This document shows, piece by piece, positions 43,591-53,600 of a stretch of 64,000 nucleotides of DNA. Source of the stretch: Methanobacteriota archaeon (GTDB lineage: Archaea; Thermoplasmatota; Thermoplasmata; SG8-5; JAGLSY01); assembly GCA_020696385.1 (NCBI GenBank), contig JAEHCQ010000001.1, forward strand, positions 32,001 to 96,000, written 5' to 3'. A program made the translations under genes and the position numbers. Every line of letters starts with the position of its first letter. The stretch's first letter is position 1. Under the pieces are notes generated by a model. It ran no database searches. It saw only the letters and a program-made list of their open reading frames with translations, and was not told the DNA's origin.

Positions 43591-44565
43591 ATGATATCGA
43601 AGGTGAGAATGTTGAATAATAACAATAACAATGAGATCGCGATAGAGGTCAAAGGCGTGGCCAAGACCTATGATAAGAAGGTGGAAGCACTCAAAGGTGT
43701 GGACTTCACGATCAATAAAGGCGAGGTCTTCACACTCCTTGGACCAAATGGTGCTGGCAAGACCACTTTTATCAGGATACTATGCACCCAGCTCATGCCA
43801 TCAAGAGGAGATATCCTGATACTTGGTGATAGTGTGGTAGATGACCCAAATGCAGTTAGAGAGAATATCGCCATGGTTCCACAGGATGCCATGGCTTACT
43901 CGAATTTCACACCCTGGGACTATGCATACGCCTTCTGCCTGCTCAGGGGCATGGACAAGATAACTGCCAAGAAAAAGGCGGAAGAATCCCTGAGGGCGGT
44001 TCTCATGTGGGATATGAAAGACAAGCCTTGCCAGGAGATGTCTGGTGGTGAGAAGAAGAGAGCTCTCATAGCGGCAACTATTGCCAGTGATGCTCCGGTC
44101 CTAGTATTGGATGAACCAACTTCCGGCTTGGATGCAATAGGCAGACGAAATGTCTGGTCTGCTTTGAGAGATCGGGCCGCGCAAGGTAAGACCATTATCC
44201 TATGCACTCACATGATGGATGAGGCCGAGATGGTATCGGACAGACTGGCTATCATCAAAGGAGGAGAACTTGTGACCATTGGCAGCACCCATGAGATCAA
44301 GCAGTCAGTTCCATTCAAATACCGCGTCATAGCCCCGGAGGAGGCCATTGACAAGACCAAGTACAAGGAGGTCACCAAGATAGGTGACAGGGCGGTCGTC
44401 TACCTGACCAGCGACACGGAGGCCATCCAGATGGTCTCAGACATGTTGAAGAAAGGCGTGAACGCAGAAGCTTCACCAGTCACTCTGGAGGACGCCTTCG
44501 TAAGATTAGCCGGAGGCGATATCTACGAGCTTAGTGAAGAAGAGAAGAAAAAGGAGGTGAAATGA
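43591..44565 (+). CDS. ABC-2-type exporter, ATP-binding subunit
   Basis: GPNGAGKT, MSGGEK, LDEPTSGLD, THMM, TLEDAF. Confidence 0.92.
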   Translation: MISKVRMLNNNNNNEIAIEVKGVAKTYDKKVEALKGVDFTINKGEVFTLLGPNGAGKTTFIRILCTQLMPSRGDILILGDSVVDDPNAVRENIAMVPQDAMAYSNFTPWDYAYAFCLLRGMDKITAKKKAEESLRAVLMWDMKDKPCQEMSGGEKKRALIAATIASDAPVLVLDEPTSGLDAIGRRNVWSALRDRAAQGKTIILCTHMMDEAEMVSDRLAIIKGGELVTIGSTHEIKQSVPFKYRVIAPEEAIDKTKYKEVTKIGDRAVVYLTSDTEAIQMVSDMLKKGVNAEASPVTLEDAFVRLAGGDIYELSEEEKKKEVK

Positions 44566-45329
44566 TGGACTTTAAGAAGATGATCAGAGACACCATAACG
44601 ATCACCTGGCTCAAATCAGTTCCTGACCTGAAGCGCCAACCTGGCATGCTGGTCATATTGATCGGATTCGCAGCCATTCCTCTGTTCTTCATCACCCTAT
44701 TCGGAGGAGAGGGCATGATGGATGTTGGATTGATAGGTGTCATAGTATCCAGCGTTGGCTTTATCGGGATATCGGCATCCATCCAGGATCTGACTTGGGA
44801 TCGCTATGTCAAGCTCAAGGAGATGGTTGTGGCTATGCCAGTTCATCCAGTTGCCTATGCAATGGGTCTGACCCTGGCAGCCCTGGTCTTTACCATTCCA
44901 GGTGCAGTGGCCTTCACTGCTTTTGGTCTTTACCGAGGTCTTTTCGATCTGCCATCCATAATCATGATGATCGGCTCCCTCATCCTTTGCTGGGGCGGGC
45001 TATCTGTCATGGGATTCACCGTGGCCACTTACCTTCACAAATCCAGCCCCAATTCATTAGGTGTGCTGGCCAACCTTCTGAGCATGGGTTTCGTGTTCCT
45101 GCCACCAGTATATTATTCGGAAGAGATGCTGGTGAACATCGGAGGCTTTGACCTATCCTGGGTCGTCTACCTATTACCTACTACCAATTCCGCGGCCATA
45201 ATCAGATACGCCACTGGCTTGACAGAATGGAATGCCAGTGCTTTCATGCTTCACTGGATCGCTTTGGTCATCATACTGATCTTGTTCAGCGTACTGGTCA
45301 TAACAAAGGCCAGGTGGAGAGAGCCATAA
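44562..45329 (+). CDS. ABC-2-type exporter, permease
   Basis: Six TM helices, PPVYY, LPTT; overlaps the ATPase stop codon. Confidence 0.85.
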   Translation: MMDFKKMIRDTITITWLKSVPDLKRQPGMLVILIGFAAIPLFFITLFGGEGMMDVGLIGVIVSSVGFIGISASIQDLTWDRYVKLKEMVVAMPVHPVAYAMGLTLAALVFTIPGAVAFTAFGLYRGLFDLPSIIMMIGSLILCWGGLSVMGFTVATYLHKSSPNSLGVLANLLSMGFVFLPPVYYSEEMLVNIGGFDLSWVVYLLPTTNSAAIIRYATGLTEWNASAFMLHWIALVIILILFSVLVITKARWREP

Positions 45330-45419
45330 TTTCGCACAAGTTATGGCTTGATCATCATCCAATAAAAATATCAGAAACAATTATTAGCCAACATGCTGAT
45401 TCATATTCCGGGTAATACG

Positions 45420-45743
45420 ATGGTAAAACCACCGGAATATGAAGCAATGGACGAGGCAAGGGTGTTTGAAGTACCCAGAGCGTTCCAGCAGGTATTTGGA
45501 AAAGATAGTGGATTCGAGCTTGAGAAAGAGGAGCCACGAAGAGATCCAAATCCGCCAGCTGGCCCCAGGGAATTCTCAACATATCATGTGATGAAGGGGA
45601 ATGAAAGGATAGCGACCATCCATTACAATGGGCATATATCCTGCCTTGACCCCGATATCCAGGACAAGATGGATCAGATATCCGAGATACTGGAGAAGCA
45701 TGCGAATGAGGCCTATCGCAGAGTGAAAAGTGGTGGGTATTAG
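45420..45743 (+). CDS. Hypothetical protein
   Basis: Open ~107-codon frame with plausible composition and no competing gene; no recognisable motif. Confidence 0.55.
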   Translation: MVKPPEYEAMDEARVFEVPRAFQQVFGKDSGFELEKEEPRRDPNPPAGPREFSTYHVMKGNERIATIHYNGHISCLDPDIQDKMDQISEILEKHANEAYRRVKSGGY

Positions 45744-45806
45744 TCACCACATATTTTTCAAAAACAGGATATTATCCTGCCAAGATGTTTAGGGGGTTTA
45801 GAGAGG

Positions 45807-45984
45807 ATGATACCCCCGCCCATCGCTCTTAGTTCGAATCGCTTTGCGTCTCGAACTAATTATTTGCGAAATTTACGCAAATAAGGACTCCTGACGGGGT
45901 TCCGAATCAGAAGCACTCTAGACTGTCACTCGCTAACACATCGAATATAGTACCCCGCCCCTGCGTCACTCGGGACGGGGCATG
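45807..45984 (-). mobile_element. Non-autonomous IS200/IS605-derived element, family C copy 2
   Basis: CCCCCGCCC...GACGGGGTT, core AAGCACTCTAGACTGTCACTCG, CCCCGCCC...GACGGGGCATG. Confidence 0.6.
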
Positions 45985-46009
45985 CTTGCATAGATTAAGC
46001 CTGTGAACC

Positions 46010-46047
46010 TTACTGCTTCATCAACAGATCCATTACTGCCATTTCCG
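46010..46047 (-). repeat. Diverged duplicate of the argF 3' end
   Basis: Encodes EMAVMDLLMKQ-stop versus argF EMAVMDLLMK-stop (46091-46125). Confidence 0.8.
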
Positions 46048-46090
46048 GCCGGAAGCCTTTTCTTTTGCGCTCGCTGTGCTGGCTTGTTGT

Positions 46091-47008
46091 TTACTTCATC
46101 AACAGATCCATGACCGCCATCTCCGCCCACATACGATTTTCTGCTTCGTCGAAAACCCTGGAATTTGGAGAATCGATTATCTCGTCAGTGACTTCCTCAT
46201 TCCTGTGCGCTGGCAGGCAGTGCAGGAATACATAATCAGATTTGGCCAGTGCTACAAGTTCCGCATTCACCTGGAAGGGTGGGAACACCTTGTTCCTCTG
46301 CTCCTTCTCGGCCTCGTCACCCATGGACACCCATGTGTCCGTGTAGATGACATCCGCGTCCTTTACCGCGTATATTGGGTCTGACGAATGCTCAATCGTG
46401 CATCCGCGCTCTGCCCCCAGAGCTTTTGCCTTGGCCAGTACTTCCTGATTTGGCTCATATCCTGCAGGACAGGCAGCCACCATGTGCATACCCACTGCCG
46501 CGCTTCCCAGTAAAAGTGAATTACAGACATTGTTCCCATCACCCAGATACACCATCTTCAAACCCTTCAAGCTTCCTTTCTGCTCCTTGATGGTTTGGAA
46601 GTCAGCGAGTATCTGGCATGGGTGCTCGAGATCATCTAATCCATTGATAACTGGTACATCCGCGTGCTCGGCCAGTTGCTGCATGATCCTGTAATCGAAG
46701 GCGCGGTACATTATTCCGTCAACATACCTGGAAATAACTTTCGCCACATCGTACACGCTCTCTCTCTTTCCGACCTGGATCTCATTTGGTGATAGGTAAA
46801 GGCCAGTTCCACCAAGATGGTGCATTCCGATCTCGAAGGATACACGTGTTCTCAAGCTGGGCTTCTCGAAGATCATGCCAAGAACCTTCTCTTTCAATGG
46901 TTTCTCGCCATTGCCAGCCTTCTGCTTTGCCTTCAGTTCAATTGCCCTATCCAGCAAAATATCGATCTCATCTTTGACGTCCAGTATGGAAATTAAATCA
47001 CGCTTCAT
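46091..47008 (-). CDS. argF: Ornithine carbamoyltransferase
   Basis: FEKPSLRTR, HPCQ, GDGNNV, DTWVSMG, HCLP, AENR. Confidence 0.96.
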   Translation of the reverse strand: MKRDLISILDVKDEIDILLDRAIELKAKQKAGNGEKPLKEKVLGMIFEKPSLRTRVSFEIGMHHLGGTGLYLSPNEIQVGKRESVYDVAKVISRYVDGIMYRAFDYRIMQQLAEHADVPVINGLDDLEHPCQILADFQTIKEQKGSLKGLKMVYLGDGNNVCNSLLLGSAAVGMHMVAACPAGYEPNQEVLAKAKALGAERGCTIEHSSDPIYAVKDADVIYTDTWVSMGDEAEKEQRNKVFPPFQVNAELVALAKSDYVFLHCLPAHRNEEVTDEIIDSPNSRVFDEAENRMWAEMAVMDLLMK

Positions 47009-47081
47009 TCACTCACCTTCTGCGATGTATAGCAGGGCTATAGAAAAGCCTTTTTATTTATTCAATATAGAATAATAAAGA

Positions 47082-48491
47082 TCACTTACTATCAGATGCT
47101 GTTTCCCCAGTCCAGCAATACAGGCATAAATTTTCCCTGGGCAGACCGATTGCCTCTATCATATCATCCACGATTTGGAACCTCAAGGTTGTCACATCAA
47201 TATCTTTTCTGATCCACTCCAACATCTTTTGATATTTTTCCGTGGTGTGATCAACATATTCTGATACATCCTCAATATCGTTCCCCTCCAGATCGAATAT
47301 CGCCTTCCTGGCCGATAGTTCATGAATACTTCTTGTGGAAAGATTGAATTTGCACGGGAACAACAAAGGCGGACAGGCAGGTCGGACATGGATCTCCTTG
47401 GCCCCTCTGTCCCATAATTTCTTCACAGTGAAGTTCTTTAGCTGGGTTCCCCTGACAATGGAATCCTCACAGACGAGTATGCTATTGCCCTTTATGATCT
47501 CTTTTATTGGCACGAGCTTCATCTTGGCAATTAAATCCCTGGTTGTCTGAGCTGGAGGGGTATAGCTCCTGCCATAGCCTGGCGTGTATTTGACCAAGGG
47601 CCTTCGATAGGGCTTACCGGATTCATTTGCATATCCAATAGCATGGGCGATACCAGAATCTGGAATTCCAGCGACAAGGTCAATATCGATGTCCTTGTCC
47701 CGCCTTGCTAAGGCTGCACCACATTTTTCCCTGACGATCTCGGCATTGATCAATTCATAATTCGAGGCTGGAAATCCTGTGTATATCCATAAGAATGTGC
47801 ATGTCTGAGCCTGATTTTTTCCTTCCTTCTGGACATGGATGCCACCCTCATTGATCATGGTGATCTCACCAGGATCCAGATGCTTGACGACAGTGAACTC
47901 GATATTTGAAAAGGCTGCGGTCTCCGATGTCACCGCCCACTCATCATCCTTCTGACCTATGATAAGAGGCCAGTGTCCATTCTTACCCCTGGCGCAATAA
48001 ATGCCATCCTTGTGAAGTAGCAAAAGGGAGCATGATCCTTCAATGGCTTCGAACATCCTTTCCATGCCGTCGATAAGGTCTTCTCCCTGAGTTATCATCT
48101 TGGCCACAAGTTCTGTTGGATTAGTTGTATGAGTTCCCATCTCACTGAAGCATATGCCCTTCTTCATAAGCATATTTGAGAGCTCTTCGACATTCTCTAT
48201 GAGGCCATTGGTCACGATGCAGAAAGGACCGAATTTGGAATTGATGTAAATTGGTTGCTCCTCAAAGGCACTGATAACACCAATGCCCTTATTGCCCTTC
48301 ATCTCCGTCAAACTATCAAAGAACTTGGATTTGAATTGGCTCTGGCTTATGTCCCGGATCTGACGATTTATCTCATCTCCATATACAGCCATCCCACCAT
48401 ATTGGGTTCCAAGATGGGTGTGATAGTCCGTTCCATACAATAACATCTCTGCACAATCGTCTTTAGAAACAATTCCAAAAATTCCGCTCAA
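47082..48491 (-). CDS. PurF-like amidophosphoribosyltransferase paralog lacking Cys1
   Basis: TTG start MSGIFG after GGAGG; GTDYHTHLG, PDSG, GRSY, EDSIVRGTQ, CLYCW. Confidence 0.85.
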   Translation of the reverse strand: MSGIFGIVSKDDCAEMLLYGTDYHTHLGTQYGGMAVYGDEINRQIRDISQSQFKSKFFDSLTEMKGNKGIGVISAFEEQPIYINSKFGPFCIVTNGLIENVEELSNMLMKKGICFSEMGTHTTNPTELVAKMITQGEDLIDGMERMFEAIEGSCSLLLLHKDGIYCARGKNGHWPLIIGQKDDEWAVTSETAAFSNIEFTVVKHLDPGEITMINEGGIHVQKEGKNQAQTCTFLWIYTGFPASNYELINAEIVREKCGAALARRDKDIDIDLVAGIPDSGIAHAIGYANESGKPYRRPLVKYTPGYGRSYTPPAQTTRDLIAKMKLVPIKEIIKGNSILVCEDSIVRGTQLKNFTVKKLWDRGAKEIHVRPACPPLLFPCKFNLSTRSIHELSARKAIFDLEGNDIEDVSEYVDHTTEKYQKMLEWIRKDIDVTTLRFQIVDDMIEAIGLPRENLCLYCWTGETASDSK

Positions 48492-48588
48492 TAAGAAGCC
48501 TCCACTGACCCTTAATAAGCAGATTGATATTTAGTATTATTGAATATGATCAAAACCAGATCAGAGTATTCTTTTCTCACTATCAATC

Positions 48589-48612
48589 TCAATCAAACAT
48601 ATCAAGGATATG
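48589..48612 (-). repeat. Diverged duplicate of the purF 3' end
   Basis: Encodes HILDMFD-stop versus purF HTLDMFD-stop (48630-48653). Confidence 0.65.
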
Positions 48613-48629
48613 ATTGTATATTTCTACTA

Positions 48630-50084
48630 TCAGTCAAACATATCAAGTGTATGCTGATCTCTTTCTCTTTCCCCAGATATAGGTAGTGGATATTCCGAGG
48701 TCACACATCCCAGACAGAGATTATCATACTCTATCTGAAGTGCCTCGACCATTCCGTCAATAGATATGTAACCAAGACTGTCCGCGCCTATAGCCTCACC
48801 AATATCCTTGACCTCTTTATGATTTGCAATGAACTGATCCCTGGTGGTCATATCAATACCTAGGTAACAAGGAGCGATGATCGGGGGCGATCCAATTCTG
48901 ACATGCACCTCTACAGCTCCGGCATTCCGGAGTATCTGGATTATGGTCTTCATCGTCGTGCCCCTGACAATGGAATCATCCACCAAGACCACACGGCGGC
49001 CTTCAACGACAGCCCTTACGGGATTTAATTTATCTTTAATACTTACATCTCTCAGATACTGGCTTGGCATGATGAATGTTCTCTGAACATAGCGGTTCTT
49101 CATTATCCCTTCACTGAGCTTGATACCAGAACCCATTGAGAAACCATATGCATGACCTCTGCCAGAATCCGGAATAGCGATGACAACATCCGCATCGACA
49201 GGATGTTCCTTAGCAAGCCTCCAGCCGATCCTCTTTCGAGCATGATATACACTTAATCTATCTATTATCGAATCCGCCCTGGCGAAATACACCCACTCAA
49301 AAAAGCAATGGGCGCGCCTCTTACTGCTGGCCAGCTTGAAACTGTCCACCTTATCATGGAAAAGCTCCACGGCCTCTCCGGGCTGAATGTCCCTTATCAA
49401 TTTGGCTCCGATGACATCCAATGCGCCAGTCTCGGATGCGACGATGTAGCCACCATCGAACTGCCCAAGACACAGAGGCTTGAGACCTAGAGGATCTCGC
49501 ATCGCGAAAACCCTGCCATTGATCATAAGTGTAAATGAATAAGAGCCAATAAGCTTTTTAGCCACGACCTGGAGGGCCTTTTGAACATCTTTATGTTTGC
49601 TCATCTCGGTATTGAGTATGAGAGCAAAGGCCTCTTCCTCACTTGATTTGGTGAATTGATAACCCTGAGATTTCATCTCTTTGACTATCTCAGGAGCATT
49701 GACAATAATACCATTATGAGCAATGGCAATATCCCCAATATCGGTCTTCAATGTGAAGGGCTGAGCATTCTCTGGCTGGGATACTTTTATGGAATAATAA
49801 GTGTGGCCGATACCCATATTGCCCTTTAGCCTTTTAAGATCTGCTTCGGAGAATACCTGATCTACAAGGCCAATGCCTTTCTTCATCTTCTGCCTTTTAT
49901 CAAAAGTGACCATGCCAGAGGCTTCCTGGCCACGGTGCTGTAAAGCTCTCAATGCATAGTACATGTGAGATGAGAGGTCGCCCTTGCACGCAATGGCGAC
50001 TACTCCGCACTTCTCCTTTGGCTTATCATTATCGAAATAAGAATGATTGTCGCTGAATTCTTCATAGGATCCAGGCGGCAACAT
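48630..50084 (-). CDS. purF: Amidophosphoribosyltransferase
   Basis: Propeptide then EKCGVV, LQHRGQE, AHNG, CFFEWVYFARADS, PDSG, VDDSIVRGTT, PCYLGID, CLGC. Start moved to 50084 because rpl37e occupies the upstream part of the track ORF. Confidence 0.92.
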   Translation of the reverse strand: MLPPGSYEEFSDNHSYFDNDKPKEKCGVVAIACKGDLSSHMYYALRALQHRGQEASGMVTFDKRQKMKKGIGLVDQVFSEADLKRLKGNMGIGHTYYSIKVSQPENAQPFTLKTDIGDIAIAHNGIIVNAPEIVKEMKSQGYQFTKSSEEEAFALILNTEMSKHKDVQKALQVVAKKLIGSYSFTLMINGRVFAMRDPLGLKPLCLGQFDGGYIVASETGALDVIGAKLIRDIQPGEAVELFHDKVDSFKLASSKRRAHCFFEWVYFARADSIIDRLSVYHARKRIGWRLAKEHPVDADVVIAIPDSGRGHAYGFSMGSGIKLSEGIMKNRYVQRTFIMPSQYLRDVSIKDKLNPVRAVVEGRRVVLVDDSIVRGTTMKTIIQILRNAGAVEVHVRIGSPPIIAPCYLGIDMTTRDQFIANHKEVKDIGEAIGADSLGYISIDGMVEALQIEYDNLCLGCVTSEYPLPISGERERDQHTLDMFD

Positions 50085-50088
50085 GTGC

Positions 50089-50256
50089 CTAATGCTCCTT
50101 GGCCCAGGCGTAATTTCTAAGTTTAGCACTGGCTCCGAAGCCGCATGATGCGCATCTCTTTTTTCTAACATGATATGCATGCTTACCGCATCTTCGACAT
50201 ACTATGTGCGTTTTCTTGGAGCTGTGTTTACCCCTTGACGGTGTACCTTTTGACAT
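50089..50256 (-). CDS. rpl37e: 50S ribosomal protein L37e (missed by the ORF track)
   Basis: Manual translation [55 protein letters not shown]; follows the LSm gene as usual in archaea. Confidence 0.96.
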   Translation of the reverse strand: MSKGTPSRGKHSSKKTHIVCRRCGKHAYHVRKKRCASCGFGASAKLRNYAWAKEH

Positions 50257-50292
50257 GTTCACCAACCTTCCTTAATTTTAATTATACTTTAT

Positions 50293-50508
50293 TCAAGGTG
50301 AGATATATATGACGTTGTCACCCCTAACGATCGCTAGATCATGCTTGCGGATTGTCTTTCCCTCATCCAGTTCTTCGGCATTGCGAAGCACTAAGTTAAG
50401 GTGAGGGTCGAAGCCGTCCAGAATTCCTCTGTATGACTTGCCTCCGCGCAATTCGACCATTACAGGCTTGTTTAGGTACTTGCCCAATATTGAGAGTGGC
50501 TTACTCAT
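50293..50508 (-). CDS. Sm-like (LSm/SmAP1) protein
   Basis: MSKPLSIL...VELRGG...GFDPHLNLVL...VRGDNVIYISP. Confidence 0.93.
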   Translation of the reverse strand: MSKPLSILGKYLNKPVMVELRGGKSYRGILDGFDPHLNLVLRNAEELDEGKTIRKHDLAIVRGDNVIYISP

Positions 50509-50618
50509 AGATTCACCATTTCTGAGTCCGATATCGGATACAATACTTAAAGGTTTCACCCTATTAATAGTTTAGATTGCCATTATAGTGTAAATAGTTA
50601 CTATATATACCAAATATT

Positions 50619-53600
50619 TCAGTCATCCTTGCCCAAGCTATTCTCTGATCTAAACCATTTCCTATCCTGATTCTTATCGTTTCTCCGGTCCAGTACATTG
50701 AAGTATAGCGCGACAAACAATGCCATCAATACAATGATAGCAAGTGTTCCCATAGACATCATACCAGATGTAACCATGCTATAATGAGCTACAATGTCGG
50801 TATCGTCATCAAATGCATCAGTTTCACTAGTCGAGGTGGTTGATGGGCTTTCGATTAGAGAGGCCATATCAATATCAGACCCACCACGGGTGGATATGTC
50901 ATCGGGCAATGAATTCCGCATGCCCATATCGACAGGGGAAGGAACGGACATGATGACATTCCAGACAATATCACTTGGAACATGCACCCAGTAACCAGCT
51001 CCTGGAACCATGACATGAGTGTCTGGAAGTGCTTCCAGATCGTAAGGAGATAGAGCATTGAAACCCTCTATCTTGTCATAGCCTGTACCGGCAAGGGCAG
51101 TACCGATGGTGACAGTGCTATTCAGGGTTGGATAACCAATGAGGTTCCAACCAGCATGAAGTGTCATGTGCTCATTGTTCGGACGGTCGCCACTAACATT
51201 CAAAGTAGAAGCACTGATCATATTGATCCAGAAACCCATTGAATGATCTATATCGAATAGATCATTCAATGCAACGGGCTTTGATGTGGAATAAGATTTC
51301 CAATGATCAAAGGTATCTGTTGAATTGTAATACATGACCTGATCCCAATCGCCACTTATCGAAGATAGCACAGATAGGATGGAAGTATCGGACATGATCA
51401 ATGGTATCGAGATAAGATTCCAACCAATATCAAGATCAATGGTGAACCTGTTCTGCTCAACGGTCACAAGGGAAGTGTCGGTCAATGTGCCATAGGACAG
51501 CGTGACAGTGCCAGATGTAGGGGTCATTGGTGCGGTGAAGAAACCAGTAGCATCAATGGTGCCAACAGTCGTGCTCCATATGAAATCAACACCCAGGATC
51601 ACATTGTCAAAGACATCGTAGGCAGTGCCAGTGAAATCCTGTGTCAGGCCAACTGGAATTGTCAAGACCGAGGGAGTTAGTTCAATGTGATCAATCGATA
51701 TATCAACGATATCGGCATTTGTTGAGCCGACAACTAAACTATTCAAAGCCGCGATGAAGCCAAAGCCAGCTGTGGATTGAGCAGTAAGTAGGCCATTCGT
51801 ATCAATAGCACCGATACTGGTACCCCATATGAAGGTTAGGCCAGGAATTACATTATTGTAAATATCATAGCCAGTGGCAGTGAATTGAACAGTGCCTCCA
51901 ACAATTATGCTTATCAAAGGACCTGGGGAGATCATGATATGATCAATCGCTCCGGGAAGGATGGTGACAAGGGCAGAGACATTCGCAAAGCCAAGAGAAG
52001 CGGTCACCACACCAGATCCAGTTATTGTCTGGGCAGTGAAAAGACCAGTGGAACCTATTGATCCAACATCAGTGATCCATGTGAAAGATGCACCGATTGC
52101 CACATTATTGTACTGATCATATGCAACGGCACTGAAAGACTGGAGAGTGCCAACGACCACGGAAATCGAATTTGGGGTGATATCGATATGGTCGATATCA
52201 CCTATCAGGATATTCACAACTGCAGAAGCATTGATAGTGCCATTACTAACAGTGATGGAACCCATGCCGGGAATGATCTGTGCGGTGAAATTACCAGTGG
52301 CATCAACACTTCCAACATCAGAGGCCCACACAAGACCAATACCAGGAATGGCATTATTGTAAACATCAAGGGCGGTCGCAGTGAATTGCTGAAGGTCTCC
52401 AACTTGAACTGAAGCAGGATCAGGTGATATCGATATGTGATCGAGAGATCCGGGCAGAATATCCACCACGGCGGAGCTTGTGACTGCACCAAATGTCACA
52501 TTCACAAAGCCATTTCCAGTGGTTGTCTGGGCAGTGAAGATACCTGTAGCAGTAATAGAACCAATATCAGTACTCCATACAAAGGTCGCCCCAATGATCT
52601 CATTATTATAAGCATCATAGGCAATTGCACTGAAGAATCCGATACCGCCAACAGATAGAGAAAGAGATGCCGGGGTCATGATGATATGATCAACACTTCC
52701 GATGGTGACATCAACATTCACAGAATCACTTACAGATCCATTGGTTGCAGTTACTGAACCAATTCCAGGAATGGTCTGGGCCAAAAAGAGGCCACTGTTA
52801 TCTACGGATCCCACATCCGTACTCCATGAGAATCCGACACCAGATATCTCATTGTTATACAGATCATAGGCAATGGCGCTGAAAGCCTGAGTATCACCAA
52901 CACTAACTGTCGCAGAGTTAGGGGATATGACAATATGATCGATTGGGCCAGGAGTGACTGTGATATTGACGGAGTAGCTGAAAGTATCATTGGTAGCTGT
53001 AATAATGCCTGTACCTGGAACTGTCTGGGCGGTGAATGATCCGAAAGCATCCACAAAGCCAATATCAGTACTCCATATGAAATCCACTCCAGGTATTACA
53101 TTATCCATCACATCATAGGCTACTGCGGTGAATAGCATATTGGAGCCTACAATGATAGATACTTGATTAGGGGTGACCTGGATATGATCTATTCCGCCGA
53201 CCATGACATCGACCACTGTGAAACCACTTATCGTGCCATTGGTGGCTGTGGCAGTACCGGAGCCAGTAATTGATTGGGCTGTCAGCAGACCAGAAGCATC
53301 GATGGATCCAACATTTGTATTCCAGGTGAAAACCACTCCAGGTATCTCATTATCATAAACATCATAGGCAATTGCAGTAAGCTGGAGAGAGGCATCGACT
53401 ATCATGGCAGCTGGATCGGGAAGGACTGTAATATGATCTAGGGGACCGATAAATACGGTAATTGGAACAGAATAGCTTACGGAATTGTTTGTAGCGGTGA
53501 CAATTCCAGCTCCTGGAGTTGTCCGAGCAGTGAAGAGACCAGTGCCATCGATGGTACCGATATTGGTGGTCCATGTGAAAACAGTTCCCGGGATAGCATT

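Noticed and set aside
50085-50180. Track's N-terminal extension of purF
   Set aside because: The region encodes rpl37e in another frame.
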